Source of the DNA: Piromyces finnis finn
Lineage: Eukaryota > Fungi > Neocallimastigomycota
Assembly: GCA_002104945.1 (NCBI GenBank)
Contig: MCFH01000006.1
Span: 124,001-188,000, forward strand
DNA length: 64,000 nucleotides
Direction of reading: 5' to 3'
Of the stretch, positions 57,453 through 64,000 are shown in pieces (position 1 is the stretch's first letter; every line of letters begins with the position of its first letter). Under the pieces are notes generated by a model, which worked only from the letters and a program-made list of their open reading frames with translations, was not told where the DNA came from and did no database searches. The translations under genes were made by a program, and so were the position numbers.

Positions 57453-57947
57453 TCGACCCCGCAGATGTCAGTGCCTGTGGATTTTCCCACTGGGTTTGCC
57501 ATGGGTTGGGTTATGATATTCAGGTAAGTATAAATGAACTTTCTAATTTACTACTATGATAATAACACTCGTCTAGCCGGCCTGAGAGGGTCTAGTGTAC
57601 ATGGTACATTCCAAATTAGAACTTAATAAGTGGTGACTTAGGCTATGCCAAAAACACATAATATTCCTTAATCAATTTAAGTGTAAACATTAGGGGGCGG
57701 TTGACACGTGATCAAATTGACTATAAGAGGCTTAGCATTATAGTTGTGAAATATCGTACAACGACATGCATCTAATGTACATGGATTAAGTGAGCGTCGA
57801 AGCTGAAGAAACAGTATGACAGACCAGGAGGGTCACAACCACCTAGCAATAGGAATGAGCCAACGTTTCTCTAAGAACCACCATTGGAGCTAACTCTGAT
57901 CGATGGGAGAAATGCACTCGGAAGTTAAAAAAAAAAAAAAAAAAAAA
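57453..57947 (+). mobile_element. Intact non-autonomous non-LTR retroposon (SINE-like): 474-bp structured body plus A21 tail, with 12-bp TSD
   Basis: Exact direct repeat ggtattagtaat at 57441-57452 and 57948-57959; poly(A) 57927-57947; sharp GC-rich island in very AT-rich flanks; no ORF; four decayed homologues in the window. Confidence 0.88.
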
Positions 57948-59310
57948 GGTATTAGTAATCATGTTATTAGTAATAATTAAATAGTCAACAAGAATAAAAA
58001 GTATTCACGTTTTGTTAGACTATGGAATATTTATATATATATTAGAGAAAAAACTAAAATATAAAATAAATAGAGATATTTTTCCATTATTTTATTATTT
58101 TAATTTCTTAGATATAAATTATTAAAACTTTTATGTATATATATATGTATATATATATATATTGTATAATTACATATACTAAATATACTTTAAAGAAAAA
58201 ACAATTACAAAAATGACATGGAAAAATGAAAAGATTTATTAGTTTTTTATTATTTTTTTTTATTATAATTATAATTTTAAAATAAAAGAAAAAAAAAATA
58301 AAGTTTATTTTTTTTTTCTTTTTCTTTTCTTTATTTTTAATATTGATATTAGTATTGGTATTGGTATTTATTAGTATTATTTAGATATTGTTAATTTAAT
58401 ATTTTATTTTGTATTTAATAGTTGTTATTTATTATTTAGAATTTTTTTTTTCTCTCTTTTCCTTTTTTTTCATTATCTTTTTTTATCCATAGCTATGAAA
58501 GATTAAAAAAAAATATTCTTTTTTTTTTTTTCATTTATTGGTTGACTAACTATATTATAATGCTAAAATAAACCTCTAACTTACAAGAATTATCTAACCT
58601 ATAAACCATGAGGTGGATGAACTCGTTTTTATTTATTATAATTAATAGTATCATTTATATTTTTTTTTTCATCCTATAAATGAAATGATCAGAACTATTA
58701 TTAATTACTGCTATTGAAATTGCTTGAAACTATTCTAAACAATAAATTGGTAATATAAGATTTGTAAAATACAATAAACATTATAAATGAATGGGATTTT
58801 TTGTTATTATTATTAAAAGATAAAAAAAAAAAAAAAGTATATTTAATATTTAATATAGAATATATATATTAAATATTAAATATACTTTTTTTTTATTATT
58901 TTAAATTGTTTTTTTTTTTTTTTTTTTTATTTTGTTTTGTTGTTGTTGTTGTTGTTTTGAAAAAAAAATAAGAAAAGAAAAAAAGAAAGAAAAAATATCG
59001 ACATAATATAAAAAGAAAACAGATAAAATACAATACTTTCTTTTTCTTCTTCTTTGCCTATAATTTCAATAAATTTGATAGGTTACTTGTTGACTTCTTA
59101 TCAACCATTAATAGAAATGAAATTATATATGTTTTAATGGGGTGATATTGAAATAAAATAAAAAAAAAAAACCTTGCATCAAAATAATAGTATTAGACTG
59201 ATATTATAAATATTTGATTTCATATATAAATTGATTCGTGTTTAAGTTGATATCAAGTTGTTGTTGTTTTTTCCTCTTACTTTTATTCCATTTATATTAT
59301 TATTACATGA

Positions 59311-61021
59311 TTATGGAGATGGTGGTGGAAGTTCAAGTCTTGGTATAATAATTGAATTATTAATTTTTGGTGAGGTAGATTTTTCGAGTTCTGGAGTTCG
59401 GGGAGGACGTTCAATGATTGAAGATGGTTGAAGTTCTTTTTGAGATAATATTGGACTTTGAAGACTTGGTGTGCCAGGACGACTACCTGTAAACTGTATG
59501 TAAGGTGAACTAGGACTATGAAGGTTTGGAGTACCTGGACGACTACCTGTATATTGTAAATAAGGAGAATTTGAGTTTTGCATATTTGGAGAAGCATATT
59601 CTAATATTGGGGTTGTTCTTGGTGGTCGTTCAACTAAAGATACAGAATAATCTCTACGTGAAGATGGGTAATCTACAACAGAAGAAATTCCGCATTCATT
59701 CTTAATTGAAGAACCTGGATTATCTAAATAGGGTGAAATCGGAATTTCAAGTGGGATATTGTAATCACTGGAAAGTTCATTGGTTGATTGGCTATAAATA
59801 GATGCTGTATGTGGTCTTATATTCATTGAACTTGATGAATTAGCCATATTACTTGTACTTCCCAAAAGATTTACATTACTACCACTTGGATAATCAATTG
59901 GAGTTAATGGTAATGGTTGTGGTGTACGAATAGATTTATTACCTGAACTTTGACTCTTTGGAAGGCTAGCATTACCACCGGTGTGACTTGGTGGACGTAA
60001 TGAGTTTTGACTTTCTGAATGACTATTATTATTATACATTTGCTCTTGCTTTAAAACAGCTTGTTCAATTTTTTCTTTCGTTTTAATATCTTTAATAGCA
60101 ATGGATGAAAAGAATAATCCGATAATAGTGAAAACTAATGCTGTTGATGAACCCATAATAATAGCAAAATGACTAGGTTCATATTCAATTAAACGTTTGT
60201 TTTCTATAGCTGACTTATAATGGCAACATTCATCACTATAATTATTACAATACTCTGTTTTATCTGAATTATTTCGATAACCTAATAAGTATATAAAATA
60301 TATATTATTTTATTATTATCATTATTCAAATAATATATAGGTATATATTAAAAATATTATAATAAGAAAACTTACCACAATTAACAATTTCTTCATTATA
60401 AGGATCATAACAATCTTGATCTTCATCTATATCTGAAAAATATATATCTGACAAATCAGTTAAATATTGATCTCTAGCATTGTTTATATCTTTCTTATCA
60501 CCTAAAGAAATCATTTCCTTATTTTGGGGATAAGGGCAAACTGTTTCATTTTTCAAGAAATAAAATGCGGCATTGTAATAATTAGCAAAATTACTTTTGC
60601 ATAATGCTTTTAATTTACTTTTTGATTCCTCTGTAAGAAATTGCTTATACATATAATAACAATTTGCAGTTTTTATATATCTGAAATCTATTGTTTGAGT
60701 ATTGTCTGTAACATTATAAATCTTTAAATAATTATCAAAACTCTTTTCTGCTAATTCAATATTATCATAGTAGCATAAACCTCTTGCTATATGTAAATAT
60801 CTGATATAATAATCTAATCTAGCACCTTCTTGAGGAATTTCCTTTTCAAAATTTGATAAAAGATATTGTTCAGACGTTAATCTATCTATTTTATCTTTAT
60901 CAAAATATAATTCTGTGTTATTATATTGACTGCAATACCAAGATGAAACTTTTACCGTTTCTGAAGCCAAAGATAATAAAATTGATATTAAATTAATGAA
61001 TAAAATTATGAAAAATTTCAT
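59311..61021 (-). CDS. Type I single-pass membrane protein (signal peptide, Cys-rich ectodomain, TM, S/P-rich tail); exons 60376..61021 and 59311..60281 (~538 aa)
   Basis: The two ORF-track ORFs join in phase via a TGTG|GTAAGT...TTAG|GTTAT intron: MKFFIILFINLISILLSLA...EEIVNC-G-YRNNSDKTEYCNNYSDECCHY...FAIIMGSSTALVFTIIGLFFSSIAI... Confidence 0.8.
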
Positions 61022-61674
61022 TTTATAAAATCTTTTTTCTTAATATTTATTTCGTTTTGTATTGATTGCTATTCCAAGTATTGTTTATTTTTATTTTTTA
61101 AAAAATAAAAAAATAAATTAAATATTATAACTACGATAGTTTCGAATTAAAATTTTATTTAATAAAAAAAAAATATTGAATTTTTACAGTTGCTTTTTAT
61201 ATAAATATAATATTGACGATAATTTCTCTTGTATTTCTTTTTAATAATTAAATATATATATATATTCCTTACTTTTATTTCTTATTATCTAAAATTAAAT
61301 ATATATATATATAAGGATTATTTCTTTTATTTATTTTTATTATATGTAAATTGATATTTTTTTTCTTTAAAATTCTGATAACCACTTTCTAAAAATAAAA
61401 GGTGTTTTATAATATATAATACAAAATAATAGATTTAAGATTTTGTTTATATCTATCTTTATATATATATATATATATAAATAAATAATAAATTTTGAAA
61501 TATAATTTTCTATATTTCTTTCTATAAAATTATTTAAACTATCATTTCAAAATTATATACAATTTCGAATTGATTTTTTTTTTTCCTTCTTTTATTATTA
61601 GTTTTAAAACTTTCAATATACTTTTTCTTTTCTTTTCTTTATTTCTTAAATAATAAAAATGATGAGTTTTTTAA

Positions 61675-61705
<31 letters not shown>

Positions 61706-62113
61706 TTAAAAAGAAAAAAAAAAAATAATAATAAATACACCCTAAATTCTAATGAAAATGTTTATGAAAATATTTTTTTTTGTGTGCGTGTGGGTTTAAA
61801 TTGTATTATCATTTTTTTATAATTATTAGGTATATTATTAATATAATCCTATTTAATTGTTTTTATATTAAATTTAAATAAAATATTAATTTATGATTCA
61901 TTATTTATAATATATAATAAAATAGAATATATAATGTTAGGAGTAATTTAAAATTAAATATTAATAATACAGAATAAAATTTTAAAACTTTATTTATATT
62001 TATTTTTAAATATATTAAAGGGTTAGTTTAAAATAAAGGTTAAGGTAGAGTATACTAAAAACATTATTCTTTACACTATGGTCTTTATTAGATTTTCACT
62101 TTAACAATAAAAT

Positions 62114-62227
62114 AAGTTTGACGACTTAAAATGCAATAGATTTTTACTTTAGTTTATATCTTTATTTTCTTAATTAATAGTTTCAATTGACAATTAAAAT
62201 CTATTACAATTTTAAGACATCAAACTT
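62114..62227. repeat. ~114-bp foldback with ~31-bp imperfect terminal inverted repeats (MITE-like)
   Basis: aagtttgacgacttaaaatgcaatagatttt / aaaatctattacaattttaagacatcaaactt. Confidence 0.6.
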
Positions 62228-62676
62228 ACTGTTTGTACTTTCATCATTGATTTATATATTTAATATAAAATTTGATAATTATATTAAATAGCTCTTTCTA
62301 AACTTTTAGTAATAATCTCTATTAAAATAGACTTTATAATACCATTTTATTGGATAAAAATATATATATAATCGATTATAGAATAACCAAGGTGATGATA
62401 ACAACAATAACAACAAAACAATAATAATAATAAACATTTTATAATTTCTATAATTAATTTATTAAATGTAATTATATTTGTTTAGTATAAAAAAATATGA
62501 AATCTATAAATCTATAAATCTATACATATATATGTTAAAGAAAAAAAGAAATAAAATAAAAAAAAGTGTATTAAATATTTATATTTAGTATTAATAATAT
62601 TTATTAATAGTTGATAATTATATATATATATAAAGAATATTTATTATATTGCTTTAATTAATTAGAATTTTACATA

Positions 62677-62751
<75 letters not shown>

Positions 62752-62752
62752 A
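62677..62752. repeat. (TAAA)n microsatellite, about 19 units
   Basis: Direct reading. Confidence 0.9.
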
Positions 62753-63312
62753 TTTAAAATGTGGTTGCTTGATATTTTGACAATTAAATAATTTTCCTTT
62801 TAATTAATAATAAAAAAAATAATAAGCTATTTTATTTTGTATAATATGCATCGTTTATATTAATATTTTATTTAGTAAATAATAAATATATATTATATTT
62901 TATAAAACTTTAAATTGGCTATTTATGAAAAAGCTTGTTTTACTAATTGATATAAAAATTCAAAGATATTTTTTTATTTTATTTTTTTTTATTCTTTAAT
63001 AATTGGTAAAAATAAAAGTAAAAAGAAAACTTACATTATGATTATTAATAGTCATGTTTTTCTAATTTTAGATTTTTTACTCTTTATATAAAAAAATTTA
63101 TATTTTATAACTAATTTTTTTTTCATCTGTTATTGAAATATCAAAGAAATTTTATTGTTTATTCAGTAATAATTTTTTTTTAATATAGAATTAAAACATT
63201 TTTGTTATTCATTTTATTACATTATATATCTATATACATATCTAAATAAAAGTCATCACAATTTTTTTTTTAAAAAATATATTTTATTTTTAGTAATGAA
63301 GGATCAAATATT

Positions 63313-63914
63313 TTACATCCTACTGCCTAAACAATATTCGGGGGCATAACCTTGACGATTTGATTGAATATCTTTAACCATAACCCATCCACCTTCAAAT
63401 TTCTGAATAAGTTGAACAATCATTCCTCTTCTTAATGAAATATCTCTTGCATCTGAACTATTATAATCTTCGGCTACATTATAACTATTTGGTGGATATC
63501 TTCCTCCAAGAGTCGCATTAGAACTATTTCCAAGAGTTGAACCATTTGATTTCATAGTACCTGTATTTCTTAATGTTCCATTTAAATTTCTAGATTTTGA
63601 ATTAAATGTTTGTACTTTAGGATCAAATCCTTCATTATATGCATTTTGTAGATTTTGGTTGCTTGATTTTTGATATTCTTTTTCTTGTTGATGAAGCGAC
63701 TTTTTAATATTTTCTTGCATTTTAATTTCTTTTACAATCTTTGCAGAGAAAAATGAACCTATTACAATAAATACTGAAGAAACAATGACACCATAATAAA
63801 AGGGTTCCATATTGAACTTATATTCAAATGGAATTTGATATTTATGTAAAGGACAACAATATCCATCATTAGATTTTTTACAATATTCATTTTTTAGATC
63901 TTGTGTTGGATAAC
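63313..63914 (-). CDS. Last exon of a single-pass membrane protein with C-terminal SH3 domain; paralogue of the 59311-61021 gene (5' part outside window)
   Basis: Acceptor TTAG|GTTATCC at 63914. Reads GYPTQDLKNEYCKKSNDGYCCPLHK, TM (YYGVIVSSVFIVIGSFFSA), then SH3 (YNVAEDYNSSDARDISLRRGMIVQLIQKFEGGWVMVKDIQSNRQGYAPEYCL). Confidence 0.85.
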
Positions 63915-64000
63915 CTAAAATATTATTATAAATTTTATATTTATTATTAATTTGTATTATAATTAATTATTTAAAAATCTAATAGCTTAAATAGTTTGTA

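Noticed and set aside
57574-57591. rRNA gene fragment (16S-like TAGCCGGCCTGAGAGGGT)
   Set aside because: Only 18 nt match; flanks are not rRNA-like and it lies inside a TSD-bounded retroposon.
57563-57600. Twister ribozyme (TAACACT...AGTG resembles L1/P2)
   Set aside because: P4 partner and the post-P2 GAGGG pseudoknot strand are absent or in the wrong order.
57803-57812. Hammerhead ribozyme core (CTGAAGA; CTGAGGA in the 46.9-kb copy)
   Set aside because: No stem II plus GAAA or cleavage triplet in the required geometry; the motif sits in a simple gctg/cagt hairpin.

Overview
Extremely AT-rich, intron-containing eukaryotic DNA, almost certainly from an anaerobic gut fungus (Neocallimastigomycota). 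This is inferred from the base composition, a bacterial-type CE6 esterase followed by a fungal dockerin remnant, and flagellar genes. About 13 protein-coding loci can be supported: the 3' end of a class C GPCR-like 7TM gene, a CE6 acetyl xylan esterase, an ENA-type P-type ATPase, an orphan very basic Q/K/N-rich protein, AP-2 alpha adaptin, LRRC56, MNS1, a Max-like bHLH-ZIP factor, an SLP1/SUCO-like SUN protein, HSBP1, a WW-WW-MyTH4-RhoGAP (ARHGAP39-like), and two tandem paralogous single-pass membrane proteins (one with SH3, cut by the window end). The most striking non-coding feature is an intact, GC-rich, hairpin-rich ~495-bp retroposon (57453-57947) with a 21-nt poly(A) tail and an exact 12-bp target-site duplication; four decayed copies lie elsewhere in the window. 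Other highlights: the CE6 gene has lost its dockerins by frameshift and decay, the orphan protein carries a duplicated unrecognised ~47-52-aa module, and a 103-bp tandem duplication has a flipped hairpin loop. All assignments and folds were made by eye; no database search or folding program was run.
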